A DNA stretch of 64,000 nt, taken from IMG/VR virus record IMGVR_UViG_3300045988_046889. The stretch is one strand, 5' to 3'. A program made the translations under genes and the position numbers. Below the pieces are notes generated by a model. It had not been told where the DNA came from. It did not search any database and saw only the letters and a list, made by a program, of their open reading frames with translations. The DNA is from a virus. Shown piece after piece: positions 34,496 through 43,797 of the stretch (the first letter of the stretch is position 1; each line of letters starts with the position of its first letter).

Positions 34496-35181
34496 TGACA
34501 ACTGAGGAATTTTCTAATGAATTTGATGTTCTATTGAACAGTTACTCTTCAGGTGGAGTCGAGTTCAACGAGTATGAGAAATCAATCTTTCTCACAAAGG
34601 CCCAAGAAGACCTGTTAGTGGAATTATACAATGGTAAGAATCCATTCAGGGAATCATTTGAAGAGACTGAGGAAATAAGGAGATACCTGAGTAACTTGGT
34701 AAAGACTTATACTACTACTGAAAAAATAGCAGACATTACTGGAATATCTGATAAGTCTGTATTCTTCAAGTTACCTAGTGACTTGTGGTTTATAGTTTAT
34801 GAATCAGTTGAACTGAGGGATGATAAGCTAGGCTGTAAGGATGGTAACCAAGTACTTGTGGTACCTACTACCTTGGATGATTACTACAATACATATAACA
34901 ATCCATTCAGGGGTCCAGGATATAGAAGAGTCCTGAGGCTTGATATTGATAACGGGATTGCAGAAATAGTATCAAAGTATAATATAAGCAGGTACTTAGT
35001 CAGGTACCTATCTAAACCCAATCCAATCATATTGGTAGCATTGCCTGCCCATCTAAACATAAATGGAGAAAGCAAGATAATGGATTGTAATTTGCATCCT
35101 GCATTGCATAGGGTAATACTTGATAGGGCAGTAGGACTTGCAATAGCAAGTAAGGGTTTGGATACAAACAGAACAAAATAA
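34495..35181 (+). CDS. structural-module protein, paralogue B
   Basis: N-terminus MTTEEFSNEFDVLLNSYSSGGVEFNEYEKSIFLTKAQEDLL; ATGA overlap with paralogue A. Confidence 0.5.
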   Translation: MTTEEFSNEFDVLLNSYSSGGVEFNEYEKSIFLTKAQEDLLVELYNGKNPFRESFEETEEIRRYLSNLVKTYTTTEKIADITGISDKSVFFKLPSDLWFIVYESVELRDDKLGCKDGNQVLVVPTTLDDYYNTYNNPFRGPGYRRVLRLDIDNGIAEIVSKYNISRYLVRYLSKPNPIILVALPAHLNINGESKIMDCNLHPALHRVILDRAVGLAIASKGLDTNRTK

Positions 35182-35210
35182 ACTATTGTGTAATTTAATA
35201 TTAAATTAAA

Positions 35211-36266
35211 ATGGCAACATTTAGTACAAATCAGGTAAGGCAATTTTATGTAGCAACTGCATTTAAGGCTTCTCATGTAATTGAGTCTGATACTGCTGGT
35301 GCTATTGCAGTATCAAATGATACTGAAAAGAAACACCTGTATTTTGAATATAAGGGAGCTGATAACAGAATGAGAAGTGACCTTATAGATATAGAAAACA
35401 TTCTCTATGCAAAGGCAACTGGTGCTGATAGCATGGCTTACAAGATGAAGTCAGCTACCATAGCATTGGATTCAAGTGTTAATGGTGGTGCTCCAGTTGC
35501 AGGTCAGGATTATATCCTAAGAATTGCATTTAAACAGTATGTGGGCATGTCTGATGAGGACCAATACTTCAAATATGGCATGGTTCATGCTTATTCTGGC
35601 ATGACTGCTGATGTGTTCTACAAGACTCTTGCTCAATCTATTGCTAAGAACTTTAGCAGGGAAATAGTTCCCTTGATTAAGATTGAGGTACATAGTGCTG
35701 CAACCAAGAGCGAGGGAAGATTTGATGCAAATGGTTATATGACAGTAACTCCTTCTACTAAGGATAATGGCAAGAGTGATAATACTAACCCATACTATGA
35801 TGGTACTTCAGCAATTGTAGCTGACATTGACAGCATCAGAATTACTGAGGTAGAACAACCTTGGAGATTGGGTGTTATGTCTCAGACCCCAGTATATTTC
35901 ACTGTACAGCCAGTTGAAATAATTGTAGATGGAGATGAGAGAATTTGGGGCACTGTAGAGATGGGTACCAATGGTACAATAGGTAATGGTAAGGCTATTG
36001 CAGATTTAGAGTACTTCTGTATGGGTGAAAGAGGAGACATCTACAGAGGCATTGGATGGCCTAATAATATTCCTACTACTTATCTGATAGACCCAAGCAA
36101 GACATATAATGTGCTTGATATACACTATGCCTATGTAGGTAGCAATGAGTCAGTACAAAAGTCTGAAAAGACAATAACTATTGCTTGTGCAGATAAGACA
36201 GTTCTCAATCAGATAATCAGTGCAGTGAAAACTGCTACAGGACTTACTATTGCAGACATCTCCTAA
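35211..36266 (+). CDS. abundant-type virion protein (alternative MCP, tail-tube or head-component candidate)
   Basis: 351 aa, begins MATFSTNQ..., followed by a strong terminator; function not resolved. Confidence 0.35.
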   Translation: MATFSTNQVRQFYVATAFKASHVIESDTAGAIAVSNDTEKKHLYFEYKGADNRMRSDLIDIENILYAKATGADSMAYKMKSATIALDSSVNGGAPVAGQDYILRIAFKQYVGMSDEDQYFKYGMVHAYSGMTADVFYKTLAQSIAKNFSREIVPLIKIEVHSAATKSEGRFDANGYMTVTPSTKDNGKSDNTNPYYDGTSAIVADIDSIRITEVEQPWRLGVMSQTPVYFTVQPVEIIVDGDERIWGTVEMGTNGTIGNGKAIADLEYFCMGERGDIYRGIGWPNNIPTTYLIDPSKTYNVLDIHYAYVGSNESVQKSEKTITIACADKTVLNQIISAVKTATGLTIADIS

Positions 36267-36281
36267 AGCGAGATATAAATA

Positions 36282-36308
36282 AGGAGACTTTTATAGTCTC
36301 CTTTTTTT
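36282..36308 (+). terminator. rho-independent terminator
   Basis: AGGAGACT-tttA-TAGTCTCCT followed by T7. Confidence 0.7.
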
Positions 36309-36328
36309 ATTTACCTAATTTGTGTAAT

Positions 36329-36901
36329 ATGATAAGATTTGCTACATTAAAAGCCTCAGGAGAATGCAGGCAGTTGGTAATTGATGCTTCTATAGAAGCA
36401 TACTCCTTCTATAATGATGTCTATATTGACTCAGTAGTCATAGATACTCAGGATACCTTCATGACCTCTGGGCCATCATCAAGCAGTGTATATACAAAAA
36501 GCATTGATGGTAATTCCAAGCATGTGACATTAATCCTAGACAAGACAGATTTCAATGCAGCAGTAGATTTTGGTAAGGACTTATTCTTTGTCTATATTAC
36601 TGTCAAAGGTACAATGGCACCTGATACTCCATGTGGGTATGACAGATATTATGATTTAGGAATAGCTGTCAATATGCATAACCTTTATAAGTCACTGATG
36701 GGTGGCATCAGACAGGTAGAGGAGACTTGCAATATTCCCAAGCAGCTTATAGACAAATACCTTCAACTGAAGGCTTTTACTACTTCCTTAAAGACAGGGA
36801 ACTATACTTTGGCAATAAAGTATTGGAACAAGTTCTTTAGGAACTGTGTGATAACAGATGATACAAGTACTAAATGTAAGTGCTCATTATGGATAACTTA
36901 A
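36329..36901 (+). CDS. hypothetical virion-module protein
   Basis: The track start at 36320 is TTG; ATG at 36329 (MIRFATLKASGE...). Confidence 0.45.
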   Translation: MIRFATLKASGECRQLVIDASIEAYSFYNDVYIDSVVIDTQDTFMTSGPSSSSVYTKSIDGNSKHVTLILDKTDFNAAVDFGKDLFFVYITVKGTMAPDTPCGYDRYYDLGIAVNMHNLYKSLMGGIRQVEETCNIPKQLIDKYLQLKAFTTSLKTGNYTLAIKYWNKFFRNCVITDDTSTKCKCSLWIT

Positions 36902-37227
36902 GTAATGTATTGGAAAGGGCATTAACTACATACTTCAATATACTTTCAAATACGGGATATGTATGTTATAATGATGTCAATAAGTTACTGCTTTTGTCCT
37001 TGATAGAAGAGCTTACTAGTGGCCCAATGTCTGCCTTTATAGATGATAAGGACTACAATAGCATGAATAATGCCTTATATTGTATATTTGGTACTTCATG
37101 TCTAATACCATATCCTCCTACTGAGGAAAGCTCTGCCATATATGGTCAAGAAGAGTCTATCAGAATATCTGAGGATGGCATGATAAGATTCACACAAGAT
37201 AACAAGCCTAGAACTCCTGCTATATAA
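36889..37227 (+). CDS. hypothetical protein
   Basis: The track start at 36880 is GTG; ATG at 36889 (MDNLSNVLERAL...). Confidence 0.4.
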   Translation: MDNLSNVLERALTTYFNILSNTGYVCYNDVNKLLLLSLIEELTSGPMSAFIDDKDYNSMNNALYCIFGTSCLIPYPPTEESSAIYGQEESIRISEDGMIRFTQDNKPRTPAI

Positions 37228-37270
37228 GTTATATATTTGCTTACTGCAAAAGATTCAATTAAAACTATTG

Positions 37271-37308
37271 CAATATTGATTATAAATATCTATATTTGCA
37301 ATAGTTTT
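37271..37308. promoter_or_regulatory. 10-bp inverted repeat CTATTGCAAa ... tTTGCAATAG in an AT-rich intergenic leader
   Basis: Perfect inverted repeat with about 18-nt spacing, followed by a T-rich tract, upstream of the ATG at 37339. Confidence 0.3.
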
Positions 37309-37338
37309 TTATTTATTAATAAGCATGCATATATAGTT

Positions 37339-38013
37339 ATGACATACAGAGAATTAGTTTATTTATGTCTGGATGAGGTAAAGAGTATATCAGATGACTC
37401 TACTTTCAATGAGAATCATATTATACTTTTGGCAGATAAGTATAGGGCATTCCTTATAAAGCAAAGATATTCTGATGTCAAGAAGCATATACCTGAAAGC
37501 AACTATCAGACTATATGTCTGGATTTGACCAAATCAGTATCTCCTTCTGGTCCATGTGGCAGAACCTATCTTATGAGTAAGGAAGAGGTACCTAATATAT
37601 TAAGTGTCAGTAATACCAGAGTATACCCTATTGATTTCTATCAGGATAGTATAACTTTCATAAGCAGGGATAGGATGAGATATGTAGGATATGACAAATA
37701 TCTACAGAACATAATATATTGCTCTCTTGCTCCGGATAACCACTTGTATTTAATCTCTATGAATCCCCAATTCCTTTACCTCTCCAAGATAAAGGTAACT
37801 GCTATATTTGAAGATGCCAGCATAGCCTCTGAATTGGAATGTGGAGACAATAAGGAGTGTGATGTGCTTGATAGGAAATTTCCTATTGAGGAGAGCCTTG
37901 TTACTCCCCTTGTAAGTCTTATAGTAGGAGAGGTGCTGGGTGCTAAATACAGACCTGATGATAATAAGAACAATGCTAAGGATGATTCATCTGATGTTTC
38001 AGTAAAGCAGTAA
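37339..38013 (+). CDS. hypothetical virion-module protein
   Basis: The track start at 37237 is TTG in a low-complexity AT-rich leader; first ATG at 37339 (MTYRELVYLCLDEV...). Confidence 0.4.
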   Translation: MTYRELVYLCLDEVKSISDDSTFNENHIILLADKYRAFLIKQRYSDVKKHIPESNYQTICLDLTKSVSPSGPCGRTYLMSKEEVPNILSVSNTRVYPIDFYQDSITFISRDRMRYVGYDKYLQNIIYCSLAPDNHLYLISMNPQFLYLSKIKVTAIFEDASIASELECGDNKECDVLDRKFPIEESLVTPLVSLIVGEVLGAKYRPDDNKNNAKDDSSDVSVKQ

Positions 38014-38016
38014 CCT

Positions 38017-38571
38017 ATGAGTGATTGTCAGGAAGAGTATAAGAGATGGAAGGAGTTTAGGGTATCAGTGTGCCACTTGAATGAACATAGGACACATAAG
38101 GTATCAGGTTCCTTGGGTGTATATGATGCCTATAAGTATATAAGGAAAAACAAGTGGTTTGACATAGGCAGGCCATTGACTGAGCATGAGTTTTACAGCA
38201 TTATAAGAAGAGTCAACAACTATCTGGCTGAAGAGCTGCTTAAAGGACATGATATTAGTCTTCCTCATAGGATGGGAAGACTGGAGCTGAGAAAATATGA
38301 TGCCAAAATCTACCTCAAAGATAATAAGGTTGTCACCAACTTGCCAATAGATTGGGATAAGACATTAAGGTTATGGTATGAAGACAAGGAATCTTATGAT
38401 AATAGGACTTTAGTTAGAGTGGAGGAGAAAGAGGTATTTAAAATCCATTATAATAGAAGCAAGGCAGACTATAATAACCAAACCTTTTATGAGTTCAATC
38501 CCAATAGAGAATTAAGGAAAGAATTGAAGAAGAGGATAAAAGATGGCAAGATTGATGCCTTCAAGTGTTAA
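38017..38571 (+). CDS. hypothetical virion-module protein
   Basis: 184-aa ORF with ATG start. Confidence 0.45.
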   Translation: MSDCQEEYKRWKEFRVSVCHLNEHRTHKVSGSLGVYDAYKYIRKNKWFDIGRPLTEHEFYSIIRRVNNYLAEELLKGHDISLPHRMGRLELRKYDAKIYLKDNKVVTNLPIDWDKTLRLWYEDKESYDNRTLVRVEEKEVFKIHYNRSKADYNNQTFYEFNPNRELRKELKKRIKDGKIDAFKC

Positions 38572-38607
38572 ACTAAAGGATTGTAGAAATTTAATTGAGA
38601 TGGATAA

Positions 38608-39315
38608 ATGATTAATAATATTCAATATACTAACATCAGACAGATACTGGATAGACTGAAAAGGCATCCTCTATTGCAGAACCTTACACTTGAACAAGTG
38701 GTATCCCACCTAGTTACATTTATTGGGATATTTGGAATGCCAGAGTTATATTTAAATAAGGAGAGTGTACTGCATATAGAAGAGTTTAGGGCCATATTAC
38801 CCTGTGACCTTGTATCCATAAATCAGGTGAAGGAGTGTAAGACTGGGATATGTTTAAGGAGCATGACAGATAATTTCATGCCTAGAGAACATCGTGATAA
38901 GTATGAAGGACATAAAAGACCACAAGAGTTTGCCTTTAAGACACAAGGCAGAGTAATATATACTTCCTTCAAGTCAGGAGATATAATGGTCTCATACAAG
39001 TCTGTTCCAATAGATGAGGATGGGTTCCCATTACTCATAGACAATCCTGTGTTTATGAGAACACTTGAGCTATATATTAAGATGGAAGAGTTCACTACTT
39101 TGTTTGATATGGGAAAGATTTCTCCTGCTGTATTACAGAACACCCAACAACAATATGCTTGGTCAGCAGGACAATTACAGAGTGAATTTACTATACCATC
39201 ACAATCTGAAATGGAATCAATAAGCAGAATGTGGAATACTCTCATTCAAAGGACAAGTGAGTTTGATAATGGATTCTCTTCTCTTGGCAATAAAGAGTAT
39301 ATAAAATTGCAATAG
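38608..39315 (+). CDS. hypothetical virion-module protein
   Basis: 235-aa ORF with ATG start, 2 nt before the 1453-aa gene. Confidence 0.45.
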   Translation: MINNIQYTNIRQILDRLKRHPLLQNLTLEQVVSHLVTFIGIFGMPELYLNKESVLHIEEFRAILPCDLVSINQVKECKTGICLRSMTDNFMPREHRDKYEGHKRPQEFAFKTQGRVIYTSFKSGDIMVSYKSVPIDEDGFPLLIDNPVFMRTLELYIKMEEFTTLFDMGKISPAVLQNTQQQYAWSAGQLQSEFTIPSQSEMESISRMWNTLIQRTSEFDNGFSSLGNKEYIKLQ

Positions 39316-39316
39316 T

Positions 39317-42300
39317 ATGATAAAGAAATCTACATGGCAGATAAAAGGTATGCAGAGGGACTTGTCTGTAAGCAAATTCTCTTCTGAGTATGCTTATGAG
39401 AACAAGAATATAAGGATAATGTCTACTGATGATAGTACCCTGCTCAGCATAATAAATGAGAAGGGTACTAAAGAGGTATCAAACATAGAAGGTATAGACT
39501 CTATAAAGGGATTACCTATAGGACAAGCTACAATTAATGGTTATCTAGTACTGTTCACTACAGACCAAGACAATGGAAAAGATTACATATATAAGATATG
39601 GTTTGACAAGGACAGCTTGCATGGAGCAATATTATATGATAGTAACAAAGGCAATCTTAACTTTAATCCTCTCTATCCTATAGAGACATTGTCATTCTAT
39701 GAAGATGATAACATACAGAAAGTATATTGGACTGATGGATTAAACCAGCCCAGAGTTATCAATATTACTTCTATAGAAGATTACACACCCAATTCTTTTG
39801 ACTTTGTTATGAGTTTGAATCCCGGTTCAACTGTTAACATAACCAATATAGAAAAAGGGTATAGTGGGATATTCCCGTCAGGGGTAATACAATATTGTGT
39901 TACAGTCTATACCAAGAATGCTCAGGAGTCCAATATACTGGCTATATCTCCTCTATATTACATAACAAAGTATGATAATGGAGGTAGTCCTGAGGATTCT
40001 TTATCTGTGAGTTTTAATGTGACAGTGTCTGTTAAAGATGTTGCATGTGAATATGTCAGATTATATTCAATACTGAGAACTACACAAGATTCAACTCCCA
40101 TTGTCAAAAGAGTTCAAGATATAAAGTTATCTTCCTCTACTCAAACAATCAGTTTTACAGATACTGGTAATATTGGAGAGAGTATTGACCCTACTGAATT
40201 ATTATACTTGGGAGGAGAAGACATATCTTGTGGTACAATGTGCCAAAAGGACAATACATTATTCTTAGGAAATATCAATGTTAATAGAATTGAGCCTGAT
40301 AGCTCTATTAGAGAGTACTTCAGAGGATTAAATGTAAACCTCAATACAGTTACCACAATTAATTTGGGAACACCTTCTGGATATTATCAACATGAGTTTC
40401 AGTTGAATAACAACTCTAGCACTATTAAGATATTTAAATATTTGGAGTGGTACAGATTTGGCATACAGTTTAAGCATAAGTCAGGCAGGTGGTCTTCTCC
40501 AGTATTCATAAAAGACGCTCAGATTACCAAAACACCCGGTACTAATGACTTATATGGTAGTTTTGGTGTTTCAAATCTGGTATTCTATAAGTGCATACCT
40601 GAGGTATCATTCAATGATGATACCATAATTGGTAAACTAAAGGATTTAGGATATATTGGATTCAGACCTATAATAGTATATCCCTCTATAGGGGATAGAG
40701 AAGTAATATGCCAAGGAGTTTTATGTCCCACTGTTTATAATGTTGGTGACAGATTCAGTAATTCCCCATTTGTACAGTCTTCTTGGTTCTCAAGACCCAA
40801 CATTCCCTTTGATGTGATGAGGTCAGAGTCTGGGGATGCAGGCTTGCCAGATGTGTCACCTATATTTGACGTTCCTGAAAAGGCATTATATAGTGACCAA
40901 ACCTTGTCAAGATATGGTATAATAAATAATGATAAGCAGTTTTATTCTCCTAATGAGTCGGTTAATATAAATATTTCCTTGGTTGATGCAGGTACTTGGG
41001 CTGAGTGTAGGCATAGTAGTCCTATACCGGGAAACACTCATAGGAATGCGGAGATACAGAATATATCCTACCCTCCTGCCACTCCACGCCTTGCAGGAGG
41101 AAACCATTTGCTGACAGATTTCAGTGAATATGTGGAGAAGCATAAACATGAGTTTTTTGTAGACCAATCAATAGTTACTCTTCATTCCCCAGATATTGAA
41201 TTTAACAGTGAAGTTGAGAATTATGATATTTCCAAGTGTAAGCTAAGGATAATAGGTGCAACTTTGGTAACCGCCAGTGTAGGGGATATTGACATTGTAA
41301 CTTCTACCACAGGAACTACCATGGTTGGCGCAAATAATGAGAAGTTCCCACCAACAGGGTTTTATAAGGAGTCTTGTGGTAGTGTCAACATATCCCCTTG
41401 GGCATTCAGAAGCCAATTGGCTAATATCAACTGGATAGATAATATTCAAAGAGACTTTAGTGATGTTATGCCCTCACAATATAGAAGGATGCAGATAGGC
41501 TTTGCCACATATCCTTGGCATAGGAGTGGAGGTCTTGATGGTACAGGCTGGGCAGATGAGAATGGATATAGACCTGCCAAGTTACAGTATAAGAGGCTAT
41601 CCAATTTGAAATTCTCTGCCACTAACCTGTACCTTAGCAGTACTAGTACATGGGATTCAGGGGAACTTGCAGATGCACAGATTTTTAATTCAAACGAGGT
41701 TACTCCACTCAAATTGAAGGCTCAGGAGCATTCTGGAAAAGGCACTTTAGTGTACTATGGAAATGTAGATAAGATTACTTCAAATACTGAATATTCAGGT
41801 AGTGATTATTACCAGATTGTAACATCTTCCACCTATAATCGGAATGATACCTCATATACTAACCACGACATATATGTTGGTGACTTTACACCTACCATAC
41901 CTTTCACTAATAACTCAATAAATAAGGCATATGACCCTGTACACATAAAGTACAAGTCTACCCCTCATGCTGTTATTGTACTTGAAGACAAGTACAACTT
42001 GGGTAAGTACTCATATAAGGTTTTGCCTACTATCATAGATGGTAATGATTATGGAGAGCCTACATCTAGTAGTTGGCCTGTAAACCGTGTTGCAATAACT
42101 CATGATGGTGCCCCTAACTTCTGGGATACTTTGGAAGTATACAACTCTGTGTCTCAGGATGTTATAGGAGACTTTGCAGGCACTGGTCCTAATAAGACAG
42201 TTAAAAGTATCCAATATGGCTGGTGGTGGTTAGCAGAATTATACAGAAGTGATGTCACTAATAGGTTTGGAGGAGAGTCTGATGATGCTATACAGAGTAA

Positions 42301-43678
42301 TCAATGGTTACCATGTGGAGAAACTACATATTTCTATGATGATGACTCCAGCCATACTTATCTTGTAAAGTACTTGGAAGGAGACACATACTTCCAAAGG
42401 TATGACCATTTAAAGACTTATCCATTTACTTTGGAAGATGAAAACTCGGTGACTGAGATAATGTCATTTATGTGTGAGACAAGGGTAAATCTAGATGGCA
42501 GGTATGACAATAATAGAGGCAATACTTCTAATCTATATATAACCCCTGAGAACTTTAACAAGCTAAATCAAGTATACAATCAAAAGGATAACTTCTTTAC
42601 CTATAAGGTAAGTACTGATGATACTTCGGTATTGAACAAATTTCCTAATGTGGTTACTTGGACTAAGACTAAAACTGCTGGAGAACTTATTGATACTTGG
42701 ACCAATATCACTCTTGCATCCACTCTTGATTTTGATGGTGACAAGGGCAGTGTAACAGCTCTGAGAATGCATAATAATAATATCCTTGCTTTTCAAGATA
42801 AAGGCATTAGTCAGATATTGTATAATGAGAATGTGCAGATTTCTCCCACTAATGGAGTGCCTATTGAAATTGCCAACAGTGGAAAAGTTACTGGTAAGAG
42901 GTGCTTATCTGATAGTATAGGATGTTCTAATAAGTGGTCTATATGCAGGACACCTAATGGTACCTATTTTATAGATGATATTACCAAAGGTATCTTCCTA
43001 CTCAACAACCAGTTGGATAACATCTCTGATAGGCTTGGATTCCATTCATGGATTAACAGTAGGTCAACTGGAATAAATGTATGGAATCCTAAAGACTTTA
43101 GTGGATTTGTAACATACTATGATAAGGTAAATGGAGATGTATTCTTCATAAGCAAGGATGAGTGCTTGGCATTTTCAGAACCATTAGGCCAGTTCTCTTC
43201 ATTCTACAGCTATGAGAATGTGCCATATTTCTCCAATATACTAGACAGGGGACTGTGGGTAAAGGATGGGAAGCTATGGCTGCACAATGAAGGTGATTAT
43301 AATACCTTCTTTAACAGTTACCAGCCTTTCTATACTACTGTCATATCCAATCCTGATATGACCCAAGATAAGATATTCAATACTCTTGAGTTCAGGGCAG
43401 ACAGTTGGAACAGTGAAGGTAAGCTATTGGATACAACCTATGATACTCTCAGTGTTTGGAATGAATACCAAAGTGGTGAATCCAAGCTTACTCATGTACT
43501 TGGAAGACCTTCAAGTCTCAAGAAGAAGTTCAGGATATGGAGAGCTAATATACCAAGGGATGAATCAAACAATAGGGACAGGATGAGAAATCCTTGGCTA
43601 TACCTTAAGTTGTCTATGGAATCTGAAAACACAAATAAGACCATATTGCATGATATGGTGGTGCACTACTTTGAATAA
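39317..43678 (+). CDS. large tail protein (1453 aa)
   Basis: Uninterrupted 4.4-kb ORF in the tail module; Ser/Thr/Asn/Tyr-rich beta-type composition. Confidence 0.5.
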   Translation: MIKKSTWQIKGMQRDLSVSKFSSEYAYENKNIRIMSTDDSTLLSIINEKGTKEVSNIEGIDSIKGLPIGQATINGYLVLFTTDQDNGKDYIYKIWFDKDSLHGAILYDSNKGNLNFNPLYPIETLSFYEDDNIQKVYWTDGLNQPRVINITSIEDYTPNSFDFVMSLNPGSTVNITNIEKGYSGIFPSGVIQYCVTVYTKNAQESNILAISPLYYITKYDNGGSPEDSLSVSFNVTVSVKDVACEYVRLYSILRTTQDSTPIVKRVQDIKLSSSTQTISFTDTGNIGESIDPTELLYLGGEDISCGTMCQKDNTLFLGNINVNRIEPDSSIREYFRGLNVNLNTVTTINLGTPSGYYQHEFQLNNNSSTIKIFKYLEWYRFGIQFKHKSGRWSSPVFIKDAQITKTPGTNDLYGSFGVSNLVFYKCIPEVSFNDDTIIGKLKDLGYIGFRPIIVYPSIGDREVICQGVLCPTVYNVGDRFSNSPFVQSSWFSRPNIPFDVMRSESGDAGLPDVSPIFDVPEKALYSDQTLSRYGIINNDKQFYSPNESVNINISLVDAGTWAECRHSSPIPGNTHRNAEIQNISYPPATPRLAGGNHLLTDFSEYVEKHKHEFFVDQSIVTLHSPDIEFNSEVENYDISKCKLRIIGATLVTASVGDIDIVTSTTGTTMVGANNEKFPPTGFYKESCGSVNISPWAFRSQLANINWIDNIQRDFSDVMPSQYRRMQIGFATYPWHRSGGLDGTGWADENGYRPAKLQYKRLSNLKFSATNLYLSSTSTWDSGELADAQIFNSNEVTPLKLKAQEHSGKGTLVYYGNVDKITSNTEYSGSDYYQIVTSSTYNRNDTSYTNHDIYVGDFTPTIPFTNNSINKAYDPVHIKYKSTPHAVIVLEDKYNLGKYSYKVLPTIIDGNDYGEPTSSSWPVNRVAITHDGAPNFWDTLEVYNSVSQDVIGDFAGTGPNKTVKSIQYGWWWLAELYRSDVTNRFGGESDDAIQSNQWLPCGETTYFYDDDSSHTYLVKYLEGDTYFQRYDHLKTYPFTLEDENSVTEIMSFMCETRVNLDGRYDNNRGNTSNLYITPENFNKLNQVYNQKDNFFTYKVSTDDTSVLNKFPNVVTWTKTKTAGELIDTWTNITLASTLDFDGDKGSVTALRMHNNNILAFQDKGISQILYNENVQISPTNGVPIEIANSGKVTGKRCLSDSIGCSNKWSICRTPNGTYFIDDITKGIFLLNNQLDNISDRLGFHSWINSRSTGINVWNPKDFSGFVTYYDKVNGDVFFISKDECLAFSEPLGQFSSFYSYENVPYFSNILDRGLWVKDGKLWLHNEGDYNTFFNSYQPFYTTVISNPDMTQDKIFNTLEFRADSWNSEGKLLDTTYDTLSVWNEYQSGESKLTHVLGRPSSLKKKFRIWRANIPRDESNNRDRMRNPWLYLKLSMESENTNKTILHDMVVHYFE

Positions 43679-43771
43679 CTCAATAGAGATAGCCTAAAGG
43701 GAAGGTAAGTAATAAACTTATCTTCCCTTTACTTTTTAAATAATATTCTTGTATAATTCTGATACTTTACT

Positions 43772-43779
43772 TATCTTTG
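43772..43779 (+). promoter_or_regulatory. Bacteroidota-type -7 promoter element (TAtcTTTG)
   Basis: ttatctttgcaaat about 19 nt upstream of the ATG at 43798. Confidence 0.4.
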
Positions 43780-43797
43780 CAAATAAATTATTATAAC

